A stretch of DNA of 64,000 bases from the human T2T-CHM13v2.0 reference genome, Homo sapiens: the NCBI RefSeq assembly GCF_009914755.1, contig NC_060928.1, one strand, 5' to 3'. A model generated the notes under the pieces. The model had not been told where the DNA came from. It did no database searches and saw only the letters and a program-made list of their open reading frames with translations. Both the position numbers and the translations under genes were made by a program. The stretch's first letter is position 1, and each line of letters opens with the position of its first letter. This document shows, piece by piece, positions 28,190-46,271 of the stretch.

Positions 28190-29734
28190 CGTGATATGAG
28201 TAAAAGATAACTAGTTGTCACTGAGTCATGCAGATAAATTTTGTACTACTGTGTTCTTTGCCTTTTTTCTATTCTTTATTTCTCATCCAAGTTTAATTTC
28301 TCTGACTTGAATTTCATGTAATGTATTACAAAACATTTCAGTTTCTTTCCTGTATTACAGGCAGAAACCAAAGCTGTCTATTTTGAAAACATAGTTTTAA
28401 GGAAGCTCTTTATTATAGCATCATTTTTATTCCAGATTTATATTCTAATGCATATTATTGTCTCTGTGTATCAGAAAGTATATGTAAAGACTTGGCAAAA
28501 GCATTTTTTTCAGATTATTAGATTATGACAATATATATGTGACTAGAATCATATTCTTATAAAAATGTATAGTTTTTTTAAGTACAGATAAATCATTTCA
28601 AAACTTGTTTATTTTTTACTATGAATGCTATTCTTTCCATAAATACTTCTTCTTTATAAAAGTACAGAATTGTGAAAAACACTATGTTCTCTACTTACTG
28701 TTTAAGACTGAGTTGTCTGTCAATAGTGGAATAGCTCTGGTCTAACAAAGTGAAGTTTAACAAACCTAATATAAATATTTTATCTTTGACTTTAAAAGCT
28801 GGAGGATTTTTTTGTTATTAAAAATCAGTTTTCTAGAGAGAATGCATTTCGTCATAGCCAATTTTCCAAAATAATATAAAAATACAGTAACTTTCAAAGA
28901 ATAAAGCTATTTTCAAAGAAAATGCAATAACTTTCTTATAATGTATTAACCATGCTGTAGTATCATCACCTTTAATCTACTAACAATTCTGAATGACTAT
29001 AGAATGTCACTAAATGGAAATTCAAGTAAAATACAGTATTGTATATAAAGCTCATGAGACAACTCTCTATGCTTCAAATATGCAAGTTTCAATGATTAAC
29101 CAGTTGCCATTTGTACAGTGCTTTCAGTTGTTTCCACTTAAAAACAAATACCATTATTTAAGCCATTGTATTTTTTTTTTTATACTTTAAGTTTTAGGGT
29201 ACATGTGCACATTGTGCAGGTTAGTTACATATGTATACATGTGCCATGCTGGTGTGCTGCACCCATTAACTCGTCATTTAGCATTAGGTATATATCCCAA
29301 TGCTATCCCTCCCCCCTCCCCCCACCCCGCCACAGTCCCCAGAGTGTGATATTCCCCTTCCTGTGTCCATGTGATCTCATTGTTCGATTCCTACCTATGA
29401 GTGAGAATATGTGGTGTTTGGTTTTTTATTCTTGCGATAGTTTACTGAGAATGATGGTTTCCAATTTCATCCATGTCCCTACAAAGGACATGAACTCATC
29501 ATTTTTTATGGCTGCATAGTATTCCATGGTGTATATGTGCCACATTTTCTTAATCCTGTCTATCATTGTTGGACATTTGGGTTGGTTCCAAGTCTTTGCT
29601 ATTGTGAATAATGCCGCAATAAACATACATGTGCATGTGTTTTTATAGCAGCATGATTTATAGTCATTTGGATATATACCCAGTAATGGGATGGCTGGGT
29701 CAAATGGTATTTCTAGTTCTAGATCCCTGAGGAA

Positions 29735-33238
<3,504 letters not shown>

Positions 33239-33274
33239 TTAGTTGATGCAGTTTCTTCCTAGCCTCGATGGTCT

Positions 33275-34291
33275 TTACATTTTGGCATGATTTTGCAGCG
33301 GCTGGTACCGGTTCTTCCTTTCCATGTTTAGGGCTTCCTTCAGGAGCTCTTTTAGGGCAGGCCTGGTGGTGACAAAATCTCTCAGCATTTGCTTGTCTGT
33401 AAAGTATTTTATTTCTCCTTCACTTATGAAGCTTAGTTTGGCTAGATATGAAATTCTGGGTTGAAAATTCTTTTCTTTAAGAATGTTGAATATTGGCCCC
33501 CACTCTCTTCTGGCTTGTAGGGTTTCTGCCGAGAGATCCGCTATTAGTCTGATGGGCTTCCCTTTGAGGGTAACCTGACCTTTCTCTCTGGCTGCCCTTA
33601 ACATTTTTTACTTCATTTCAACTTTGGTGAATCTGACAATTATGTGTCTTGGAGTTGCTCTTCTCGAGGAGTATCTTTGTGGCATTCTCTGTATTTCCTG
33701 AATCTGAACGTTGGCCTGCCTTGCTAGATTGGGGAAGTTCTCCTGGATAATGTCCTGCAGAGTGTTTTCCAACTTGATTCCATTCTCCGCATCACTTTCG
33801 GGTACACCAATCAGACGTAGATTTGGTCTTTTCACATAGTCCCATATTTCTTGGAGGCTTTGCTCATTTCTTTTTATTCTTTTTTCTCTAAACTTCCCTT
33901 CTCGCTTCATTTCATTCATTTCATCTTCCATCGCTGATACCCTTTCTTCCAGTTGATCGCATCGGCTCCTGAGGCTTCTGCATTCTTCATGTACTTCTCG
34001 AGCCTTGGTTTTCAGCTCCATCAGCTCCTTTAAGCACTTCTCTGTATTGGTTATTCTAGTTATACATTCTTCTAAATTTTTTTCAAAGTTTTCAACTTCT
34101 TTGCCTTTGGTTTGAATGTCCTCCCGTAGCTCAGAGTAATTTGATCATCTGAAGCCTTCTTCTCTCAGCTCGTCAAAGTCATTCTCCATCCAGCTTTGTT
34201 CTGTTGCTGGTGAGGAACTGCGTTCCTTTGGAGGAGGAGAGGCGCTCTGCGTTTTAGAGTTTCCAGTTTTTCTGTTCTGTTTTTTCCCCAT
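33275..34291 (-). pseudogene. L1 ORF1p, 338 codons, two in-frame nonsense mutations
   Basis: MGKKQNRKTGNSK starts at 34291 and NHAKM* ends at 33275. TGA at 34145-34147 (codon 49) and TAA at 33608-33610 (codon 228). No frameshift. Confidence 0.95.
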
Positions 34292-35194
34292 CTTTGTGGT
34301 TTTATCTACTTTTGGTCTTTGATGATGGTGATGTACAGATGGGTTTTCGGTGTGGATGTCCTTTCTGTTTGTTAGTTTTCCTTCTAACAAACAGGACTCT
34401 CAGCTGCAGGTCTGTTGGAATACCCTGCCGTGTGAGGTGTCAGTGTGCCCCTGCTGGGGGGTGCCTCCCAGTTAGGCTGCTCAGGGGTCAGGGGTCAGGG
34501 ACCCACTTGAGGAGGCAGTCTGCCCGTTCTCAGATCTCCAGCTGCATGCTGGGAGAACCACTGCTCTCTTCAAAGCTGTCAGACAGGGACATTTAAGTCT
34601 GCAGAGGTTACTGCTGTCTTTTTGTTTGTCTGTGCCCTGCCCCCAGAGGTGGAGCCTACAGAGGCAGGCAGGCCTCCTTGAGCTGTGGTGGGCTCCACCC
34701 AGTTTGAGCTTTCTGGCTGCTTTGTTTACCTAAGCTAGCCTGGGCAATGGCGGGCGCCCCTCCCCCAGCCTGGCTGCTGCCTTGCAGTTTGATCTCAGAC
34801 TGCTGTGCTAGCAATCAGCGAGATTCCGTGGGCGTAGGACCCTCCGAGCCAGGTGTGGGATATAGTCTCGTGGTGCGCCGTTTTTTAAGCCGGTCTGAAA
34901 AGCCCAATATTCGGGTGGGAGTGACCCGATTTTCCAGGTGCGTCTGTCACCCCTTTCTTTGACTCGGAAAGGGAACTCCCTGACCCCTTGCGCTTCCCAG
35001 GTGAGGCAATGCCTCACCCTGCTTCAGCTCGCGCACGGTGTGCGCACCCACTGTCCTGTGCCCACTGTCTGGCACTCCCTAGTGAGATGAACCCGGTACC
35101 TCAGATGGAAATGCAGAAATCACCCGTCTTCTGCGTCGCTCACGCTGGGAGCTGTAGACCGGAGCTGTTCCTATTCGGCCATCTTGGCTCCTCC
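34292..35194 (-). promoter_or_regulatory. L1 5' UTR: internal sense promoter and antisense promoter; CpG-rich; YY1 site
   Basis: YY1 motif AAGATGGCC (reverse complement at 35177-35185). The most conspicuous non-Alu CpG-rich stretch in the window. Confidence 0.9.
34747..34962 (+). CDS. L1 ORF0 (primate antisense ORF), intact 71 aa
   Basis: MAGAPPPAWLLPCSLISDCCASNQRDSVGVGPSEPG...HPFL, with strong Kozak gcaATGg. Splice donors ag|gtgtgg (34852/34853) and ag|gtgcgt (34937/34938). Confidence 0.9.
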   Translation: MAGAPPPAWLLPCSLISDCCASNQRDSVGVGPSEPGVGYSLVVRRFLSRSEKPNIRVGVTRFSRCVCHPFL

Positions 35195-36599
35195 AAGCCA
35201 TTGTATTTTTATGTTTACTTGGTTTGAAAACCTGAATGAAACAATAGCAATAATTTAATTATACAAATCTATTTCTGATTCATATTACCTATTAATAACC
35301 ACATGCTTTCTTAAACAAAAGAAATAAAAGGAAGAAAAGGGAGACAGAGAGACAGACAATGCAAGAGAGCAGGGATGGGGAAGGCAAGAGAAGGAGAAGC
35401 TACAAATAGCTTATACTAGAGCAAAGAAGGAAATGAAGAAGCTACATGAATATTGGGTTTCTTTAGCAAACCTAGGCATCTAAATAGTAAATTATTAAAA
35501 GGTGCTGTTTAAACATTCACTGAATGACAAAATGATAAATATTGCTGGATTTGAGTAAGGTAGTAGAACATTAGAGAGTTGGGAACATGGTCATTTGAGT
35601 AGATGGATGCAGGGAAAACAAAGCTGTTTAAGAGATCTGTGTTCTGTATATTTTCTCCTTTTTTTTCTTTTCTATTTTCCTGCCTATTGTGGACATGTGA
35701 CTGCATTCTTAATTTCAAATTTCTGACTAAATTTTTAGAAAATGTTGTTTATAATAGAAAAGTTTGTTTCATTTGCTTATAGAAATAAACCTCCAAAACA
35801 TATACATTGTTGCTGCTATGCTAATCATGTACATAAAGTATTGAATAATGTATAAAGCATTTATTTCACTATATTACTGGATGTTCATAAAATAGACTTT
35901 AGCCTTTTTCCTACTATTAATTGTTTTGCAGTAAAAAGCATTTAGAAATTGTTGGTAATATATATTAGATTAATTCAAAGTCCCTTACATTCATCACTTC
36001 ATTCAAATTTTCCTTAGTTCTTTCATGAACATGTAAATATTTTCTTCATCATTATAGTGATAATTTATGGGAAATGGTATTAATTTTCCTCAAATGGTAT
36101 AAAGAGGGTTACTGCATAGTTAAACTATACTGATTTCTTTCCTGGATATATCCTAATGACTATGCTTGCTTCTTATACTGGTTGAATCTCAAGGCTATTT
36201 TTTAAAAATCTATTCTAAACAATGGCTACTTTTAAAATGTATTCACTCAACAAGTATTTATAGGGCAGCTAATTTTTCCTTTAGGCATAGTGTTATATAA
36301 TTGAGATGCAATGATAAGCACAAGTATTACTTGGTGCCCCTCTGGACACTGTAATCCAGAAGGATAGATAGATAATTAACTATGTGATTACAGCACAGTC
36401 TGACAAATGTAAATACTGTAATTCCTGTTACCAAATTGCCATCTTAATTTTTAGTCTGTTTTACTTGTGCATAATACAATACAATCTAAATTATCCCCCT
36501 TCTTCTTCAATGATGACCTCTTAATCAACTTGTTCTCTCATTGAACAAACACCTGTATGTCAGTTATTCATCCAGATGTAAAAATAATAGCAATAAGAA

Positions 36600-38150
36600 A
36601 AACAGATACAATAATTGTTCTTAGATTACATTTTCCTAGTGGAAACAGACAATAAGCACAAAAACAAAAATATAAATGAATTGAGATAATGAGTTCTGTT
36701 ATGATAAAGCAAAATTTTAAAAAGTCATGCAGAGAGAGGATGAAAGGTGATATCTGAGCAGAAATTCAATGAAATAAGGAGTATCATGGAAATATCTGGA
36801 GGATGAGTTCTCCAAGAAGAGAGAACGGAAAGTGAAAGAAACTTGCATGCTTTAGATACAGTAACAAGACCAAGCCATATAACTATGATTAAGTAAAAGA
36901 GACATATATATTTATTTGTTTCAAGATATAGTCTAACTAGAGTTATTTTAGACATGTTTAAAAGTTGGATTTTAGAAAAGGAAACTGCTATAAAGTTTGA
37001 GAGCAGATTAACAGTTTCCAATTTAATTTTTTAAAGATAATTCTGGTCACTTTATAAAATATTTGCATAGAGAAATAAAAACAGAAGCAAGAAAATCAGT
37101 TAAGCGGTAGTTTATGCAATAGAAATGGATGTGATGAGAAATGGTCAAATTTGGGATACATTTTGAATATAGAGCCCATATATCTTGTAAAAAATTTTTA
37201 TGGGATTTAGATACAGAAACGAGTATTGACTTCTAGAGTTTCTGCCTGAGCAACTGAATAAATAGTTGTTCCTTTTATGGAAATGGAAAAGAATAAGTGA
37301 GGAGCAGGTTTTGTAGCACAAAACCTCACAAATTGGACCTGTCAAATTCATGATGCCTTTTAGACATCCAAATGAAGCTATCAGGAAGGCAGTCAAATAT
37401 GTGTCAGCAGCTGAAAGCACGTTCATTCTGAAGGCAGAAGTTTTGCCGATATTAGCATGGGTGATATAAAAATTATTTACAGTTATAAAACTGGGTGTGG
37501 ATTGAGCTGAGCATAGATTGGGTATGGATAAAGACGAGCATAAATGAGACCCAGAATACCCAGAATTATCAGTCTACTCTAGAGGCTAAGTGAACAAAAC
37601 GTTTCAGGAAAGAAAACTTGGTAATTTTAGAGGCTAAGATGACTAAGAACTGAGTAATGCATTTGTTAGTCAACACTGGTCAACACTGTTAATGAACTTA
37701 ACAGAAGAAGAATAATTGAAGTAGTTTAAGGAAAGCGTATGAGTTGAGAAACAGAGCAGTTATGGTAAAAAACAATTTTTAAAAATTTTTCTGCATAATG
37801 ATGTAGACAATGGAGTGGTAACTGGAGTGAGTTGAGGGATCCAAGAATGGTCATTTTAGGATGGAGGATATGACCATGTATTTGTATGCTGATGAGAATG
37901 ACCTAATAGAGAGGATAGCATTGATGATATTGTGGAGACAAGAGTTTATTTCTTGGAGGAAAACAAGATCCTTAAATAGATGTGGGGAATGATAGGGTGG
38001 CTGGACTAGATAAATGCAATGATTGCTAGGCAATGCTACGAGCTCACTTTAAATTTGTGAGACTGAATATGAAGTGATTCAATTTGGGCTGACTTTAATT
38101 ACATTTTGAAGGTTATTCAGTTACTTACGATAGGAGTTATAGTATAAGCC
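36600..38150 (-). mobile_element. L2 fragments
   Basis: Purine-rich degenerate L2 phrases 'gatatctgagcaga', 'ctgcctgagcaactg', 'tagacatccaaatg'. Boundaries approximate. Confidence 0.6.
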
Positions 38151-38911
38151 TGGGTGTTAGTGGCAGAGATAGAGTAGAGGTAAAGTCGTTGACAACGATG
38201 AAAAAAAATAATTTAAAAGAAAAAGGAACTGGAGGAATCATTTGCTTGGGCCATTCCAGAAACCAACCGATTCATTGGCTAAACTCTACACAGATTCTAC
38301 TTCCAGTCATTGGCCTGGGAAACAGGCTAATATCAGTATAGAGGAAGGGACCCCTTTTGAATTGATCTGCCCATGGGAAATGCCTTTATTTAAGTTCACA
38401 CACAGAGAGGGACATTTTAAAATAATTTGAAAAAATATACTCTGTGCTAGTGGGCCCTGGTTTGAAATTACAAAACCTGTAGGTTAGGTTATTAAAGTTC
38501 CAATGATTGATGACTGCCAGGAAGGTAGGTACATGACCACAACACAAAAAAGTGCCATAGTCCTCCTGTATTCATGGTTTTACTTTCCATGGTTTTAGTT
38601 ACCCACAGTCAACTGAGGTCTGAAAATATTAAGTGGAAAATTCTAGAAATAATTGTTTTAAATTTCATGCTGTTCTAAGTATCATAAAGTGATAAAATGT
38701 GCTGTACCACTTTATACTAGCATGTCAGTCATCCCTTAGTCAAGTGTATCCATGCTGTCTATGCTACCTGTTGCTGAGTCATTTAGTAGTTGTCTCGGTT
38801 ATCAGATGAACCGTCATGGTATCTCATCAAGTGGACATTTTATCATCTCACATCATCACAAGAAGGAAAGGTGAGTACAGTACAATACGGTATTTTGAGG
38901 GAGAGAGAGAT

Positions 38912-39891
<980 letters not shown>

Positions 39892-40040
39892 AGATCACAT
39901 TTACATAACTTTTATTATAGTATATTGTTACAATTCTTCTATTTTATTATTAGTTATTATTGTTAATATCCCTTAACACGTCCTTAGTAATATATTCCTT
40001 AGTAATATATCTTACTGTGCATAATTTATAAATTAAACTT

Positions 40041-40331
40041 TTTTTTTTTTTGAGACGGAGTCTCGCTCTGTCACCCAGGCTGGAGTGCAGGGGCGTGATC
40101 TCGGCTCACTGCAACCTCTGCCTCCTGTGTTCAAGCAATTCTTCTGCCTCAGTCTCCGGACTAGCTCGGATTACAGGTGCCCGCCACCACACCCAGCTAA
40201 TTTTTGTATTTTTAGTAGAGACAGGGTTTCACCATACTGGCCAGGTTGGTCTCAAACTCCTGACCTTTTGATCCACCCACCTTGGCCTCCCAAAGTGCTG
40301 GGATGACAGGCATGAGCCACTGTGCCCAGTC
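40041..40331 (-). mobile_element. AluS nested in the MER44-like element
   Basis: TSD tataaattaaactt (40027-40040) / tataaattaaagtt (40332-40345). Confidence 0.94.
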
Positions 40332-40699
40332 TATAAATTAAAGTTTATCAGAGGTAAGCATGTACAAAAAAAAAAAAAAAAAAAAAAAAACTATTGCATT
40401 TAGGGTTTAGTACTTTATGAAGCTTCAGGCATCCACTGTCTACTGGGGATCTTGGAATTTGTCCTCTGTAGATAAGGGGAAACTATTAGGCCGTACATTC
40501 TACTGGCATATGTTTCAAAAGGATTGAGATTTTAGAAAGGGAAAGGAATAACTATGGCCTGAAAGCAGTTACAGGAAGGATGGAAGACTCCTCTCTGTAA
40601 GCAGGAATTGTAAACCCATCCCCGCTTGTTAGGGCTGCCAGGTAAGCAATATCTTGAGGTAATAGAAGATTATAATTAGATTATGAAGATGGAAATTTC

Positions 40700-41635
40700 T
40701 TTTCAGAGCAGAGTTTGTGTCCTGGCTTTACCACTAAATGTATGTTGTCTCCTAGTTACTCAAGTTCTTTGTGCCTTGTTTCTTCATCTCTAATGTGGGA
40801 ATAATATTATATAAATTGTCAGATTCCAGTGAAGATTTAAACACATAATATACACAAAGGACATAAAACATTTTCTAACACATAGTGTTAGTGGTGGCAA
40901 ATATCTGAGTTTCATGGCACCAAATATGTTACTGGTGGTAGAGATGTGATTTACCCGTGGTGAATCTGTACAGGTGGGCAGCGACTTCAATTCTTGACTC
41001 CTCAGAAGAAAGAATTTGACTGAGGGGCATAAGGCAGAAAAGGAGAGACCGAGGCAAGTTTCAGAGCAGGAGTGAAAGTTTATTAAGAAAGGCTTTAGAA
41101 CAGGAAAGAAAGTAAAGTTCAGTTGGAAGAGACCCAAGCAAGCACCTGAAGGTCAAGTGCGACATTTAGCCATGATCTTAGGACTTTATTGGCTCACCTT
41201 TTCCCCATGATTCTTCCCTTAGGGTAGACTGCCCGCATACACAGTGCCCTCTTACCTTTGGGAGGTGACTATATGCAGTGTGTTTAGGAAGTTGTACACA
41301 TGACCATCTGAGGCTTGCTTTCTTTTTCCGGTGGAGTGCCCCCAGAATGTCATACTTCACCATTTTGTCTCTTAATGTGCATCCCAGGAAGTTGCTTCTC
41401 CCTGGCACCTGCATTTAATTAGCACTTTAGTGAAACAGGTGTGGACCATCAGAAAATGGCCTCTCCCTGGCACTGGCTCCCAATTTATCACTTTTAGAGA
41501 TGCAATGTGATAATTGTTGAACCATGATCCGACATTCTTAGTGGATGGGGGAGAACTCTCTCCTGCCCCACTCATGACTTTCTAACTACCTATAACAATA
41601 GTAGACACTAAAATATGAGTTATTATTATTTATTG
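40700..41635 (+). mobile_element. MIR split by an LTR insertion
   Basis: MIR core 'gtgccttgtttcttcatctctaatgtgggaataata' lies before the LTR, and the MIR tail 'tagacactaaaatatgagttattattatt' follows it. Confidence 0.7.
40886..41597 (-). mobile_element. ERV1-class solo LTR, same family as 38912-39891, opposite strand
   Basis: TG...CA termini and 4-bp TSD atag at 40882-40885 and 41598-41601. Reverse-complement homology to the first LTR. Confidence 0.88.
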
Positions 41636-42389
41636 CATAGTCCTGAGTGTGTTGCTGTTGTTGGTGGTGGTGATATGTGTATATAAGAGAGAGATGATGA
41701 GGGTGGGTACTGTGCACAGGAAGGGATAGGTAGTGACTGTCTTACCATGGCAACTTCTAGCTGGGAAGATTCTGTCTGTTCATACGTAGAATTCCCATCA
41801 TTATTCCACCCCTCCTGTGTAAAATACCTGCACTTTTATGATCATAGCATTTAAATATAATGTTTACTACCTGCTCAGTTTTTCATCCTTTTTAAAAGTC
41901 CTTTAATATTTGGAGATTTTTACTCTCATTTTCTTCATACCTGAGTGCATTTATAATTCAAACTTTAATGGTATAGAATAATAGCCCAGGCAATAACTGG
42001 TCTCTGAATTACTTGGCCTTTTATTTTTTTTCCCCTTCAAAATTTTCCCCATTGAATTAACTAAGTCAAACACTATGCTCACTTATAAGGTTTCTGTAAG
42101 GTGGCTTGAGGAACAGATGGAGACTAAAAGGGAATCTATCCTCTCTACCTTGTTACCACTTTGGAATAGAGTCTGGATGACTAGGGTGTAAAGAAGATTA
42201 TTTTAATTACCAATGTCGCCTCTTTCCTTGGTTGATCTCTGGTCTCAATCACATGGGTTGGCAATTCCAAATTACTCTGACAGTACACGTATCAACGATC
42301 TAGCATGTTCTCTTTATTTTTTTAATAAAGTATTAATTATTATTTAAGAAATAACTGGAGGTAGAATTCTGGGCAGGAATCAAGCCCTG

Positions 42390-42780
42390 ATTTATACTTT
42401 TTGTGGATTTCCATAGTGCAAATATTTTACCATAGCTAATGTCAAGCTACAGCATGGTATATTAAATGTATTTCTGGGGAAAGACATGCAACAGCACTCC
42501 ATTATGTTAGTATTTTGTCATATAGATTAAATAGATCTACATAACATCAAGAAGGTAGATAATGGAAAATAATTAGAACATGATAGATTTTGAGTATTAA
42601 ATACTTTTGTTTTGCATAAAATGTATTTAATTATATAATAAATACTTTTGCATAAAATGTATTTATATAATAAATACTTTTGTTTTGCATAAAATGTATT
42701 TAATTATAAATTTAAGATATTTCATTTTTAATGATGACCATGTTTTAAAACCAGCTATCAAAATACCTTAAGAGATTTTG
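42390..42780. mobile_element. MER63-like hAT element with internal AT-rich triplication (42598-42708)
   Basis: 'gatttccatagtgcaaatattttaccatagc...tcaagctac'. Three copies of 'taaatacttttg...cataaaatgtattta'. Confidence 0.7.
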
Positions 42781-45328
42781 GCCACCAGATCATCTCTAGA
42801 GCCATGGCCTTCTTGGAAGTCATAACAAACTGCTCTATTTGCATATTAGCTTGAAAGAATGGGGAAGTTAACACATCAAAAAGCAATCCTCAGCCATATG
42901 GATGAGAATTACTAAATTAGTGTCCTGGTATTTCATCCCAAGACAGACATTTATGGCAGGGAATTTTTTATACTTCTCAGTGATTCCAGCTAAAACCTCA
43001 ATAGTGGGCTCTGATGCTTTTTTCTTCTTTTCCTGTCTCACTTTCTCTACTCCCAAATCCTGCTTTATAAAAACACTTGAGATAAATAACTTGCAGCTAT
43101 TTCCTTGCCTCAAATTTTGCTTTGGGGAACACCCAGAAAAACTAAGAAATTAAAACCAGAAGTGGATCTAGTAAGCAATTATTCAGAATGAGATGTGAAA
43201 CTAAGATAAAGTTATCTTAAAGCAGAACTGCTTATCAGTGTTATCTATGGTGATTTGTGGAAGTCTGATACTGACTCAGACCAAGATAAGTATGAGATAG
43301 ACCAGCTAGCAATTTATATTTTGCTATTTAATGTTTGAAACTCCCTTGGCAGGACCCAGAGCCACCTTCTTTGTGTTACTTAAGGATGTCTAGATTGATG
43401 ACTTACACGTGGTGAAATGCATTAGCATCTGGCTTGGATACCTGTCCAATGGAGCATAAAAGATTCTCCAAGAAACTTTTGTCCTAGCTCATCTAAAACT
43501 AAGATTCCTCCCATATGTCTTGATGGTTCACAATCTAGAGTCAAAGAACATCCTATATGACTACAGAAAATCTCTGGAGAGCTGTGCCTAGACATTTCTG
43601 CATACACTTGGTCCCCCTGTGCTTACCTACATTTTATTTCTAGTGCTCTCTAAGATCATTTAATTTCACTAAACCTAAACCTTGCATGAGTATCTTCTGT
43701 GAGGTTTAGTGAGTCCTTTCAATTATCTGATGTGTTTAATCCTATTTCATTTATACCATTCCATTTCATTCATTGTAGTCTCTCATCATCAGAAAATAAC
43801 AAAGATACCATTCTTAATGGTAAGTTGTATGTTCTGATATCACTATTAATAAGAGTCATATGAACTGGTTTACTATAAGGTACAGGTAATGTGGAAGCAC
43901 TGTTATTCAGGAGTTGTAGCATTCTATCGGTGATTGACCTGATGTATTACTGCACAATAGTAAAAACTGATGATAGTAAGTTTATGATGGAGCTTCTGAA
44001 TGTTTTCAGTTCCACTAATTCATAAGGTCTAGTGGGTACAGCAGCAATTTATCATACAATAGAAAAGGTCCATTTTGGATCAAGCCCTAGCATAGCCAGT
44101 GGATCTAAGTTTGACAAAGTGGTGACTGAGTCTCTTATGTTACCTACTTCTGTTATTCTGACACCTCTCTTTCAGCTTACAACTAAATGATTCAAGATTT
44201 TAATGGATTATAATTGGAAATGGCCTGGGTGAGATTTGTGTATTGATTTGACATTTAAGCATATGATTAAATACAAACTGACTGAGGTTATCACTAGAAA
44301 AAAAAATGTTGGCTGATGACCAAATAAAATTGGGGGCCTGTTTCCAAATTGTTTAGCTTGTTGGGCTGATGTTAACTAAAGATGGATTGTTACTTCATTG
44401 AGCAGACCTGTAAGAAGTGAGTACACTTGGACATACCCTTTGAAGGAGAGATAAGTGGCCTGAAGTAATGATATACATAGACTATCGGTAGTGGTGAATC
44501 GACATATGGCTCAGGGCCCTGGAAACTAAAATTGGAAGATTAGAGGTAAGTTTTCTGGAGCAGTGGCATGCTGATGGAATCTACGTGAATGGTTATACAG
44601 TGAAATAATTTTTGTTTTACATTGAATGCCCACACAGTGCAGAGAAGACACTCGAAAACTAGGTGCACATGATGACTTACCTAGCAGATGTCAGTGAGTC
44701 TGTCCTTGGCTTCTCCAATGCTTGTGCAGTGAGTTCATGAGTACAATAGTCATGATGGCAGAGATGAAAATTATGCAGGATTACAGCAACATTTTCTTCC
44801 TTACAAGGCCAGTGGAGCGACTACATTACTGGCAGTGAGAACTTGTTATCAGATAAATAACTTGGGTAAAAAATTAATTATATCAGATACCTTCTACCCT
44901 TCTATGTGATATGCATGGGTTTGCCTTCCCTGATTACAGTGTCTCTGCCAGCCCCATTCTGAGAGAGCTTATAGTATGCCTGATTTACTGACTTGGGTTG
45001 GCACATAACAGAATCTCAGACCAAGGATCCAATTTACAATGAAGAATTTGTGACTGTGGGAGTATGACTACAGAATCCATTGATTATATGCCATATACAC
45101 ACCACTGTAATGTAGCCAAACAAATCGAAACCCTGGAATTGGTCCATTAAAGACTCATCTAAAGCATCAGATAGGAAGCAACACACTGCAAAGTTATGGT
45201 GCTCTCCTTTAGGAGGCGTTATTTATGATAATGCAAGAAATAATTTATACATTTCTACCATTCATAGCTAGAATACCTGGGTCTGGAGAACAAAACATGA
45301 AAAAATATTTGTTATCAGACCCAGTGCC

Positions 45329-45718
45329 TATTATGGACTGAATTGTTTCTTCCCACTTAAAATTCATATGCTGAAGCTCCAAATCCCGGTCCTTCAGAAA
45401 CTAACTATATTTGGAGATATGGTCTCTAAAGAGGTAAAATTAAAATGAGGTCATTATGGTGGGCCATAATCCCATAGGAACTGGTGTCCTTATAAAAAGA
45501 TTAGGATGCAGAACATGTACAGAGGGAAGACCATGTGAAGACACAGAAGGGACAAAACAGCCCTCTGCATGCCAGGGAGAGAGGCCCCAGAATAAACCAA
45601 ACCTGGGATCCCTTGATCTCAAACATCTGATCTTCAAACTCATAAGAAAATAAATATCTACTGTTTAATCCATGTGGTCTGTGGCACATTGTTATGACAG
45701 CCCTAGCAAACTAATACG
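45329..45718 (+). mobile_element. MLT1B-like MaLR solo LTR inside the ERV-L
   Basis: 'tattatggactgaattgt' ... 'gttatgacagccctagcaaactaatac'. Confidence 0.88.
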
Positions 45719-46271
45719 GCGACCAGCTTGCAAAATTGGTATTTCTGTTTCTGCATTTTGGGCTCTGCTGTACTGAATGTGCTGATTTGGGACTGAAAGA
45801 AAATGTTTTCTCTACTGAACCTGAGTCTTGACTATGAACCAACAGATAAATGAACTACTATATTGTAGTAAATGAATTACTACATTGACAGGAGTAATTG
45901 ACCCTGATTATTATGAGGAGCCAGGATTGCTTTTATGTAATGTGGGCAAAGAGAAATATATCTGAAACTTGGGGAAGTCACTGGGGCACTTCTCCAGGCT
46001 TCCATGCTTATTGAATAGGCAATTGCAGCAACCAGAGCATGGGAAAGCCAAGGCAATCAAGAGCACATGCCACTCAGGTTTGAAGGTGTGTTCCCCAATC
46101 AGGCAAGCAAACTAGACTGGCTGCAACTTTGCCTGAGAGCAAGGGGAATCTAGAATGGAAATGATCAGGGGTGAAAATTAATATCGTTTATAGCCTTGGG
46201 GGTGGTTGCAGCAGCCTGTTTCTTCTGTATTTATTCTTTTTTAGAAATTATAGAGAAGCACTTCCTTGTAA

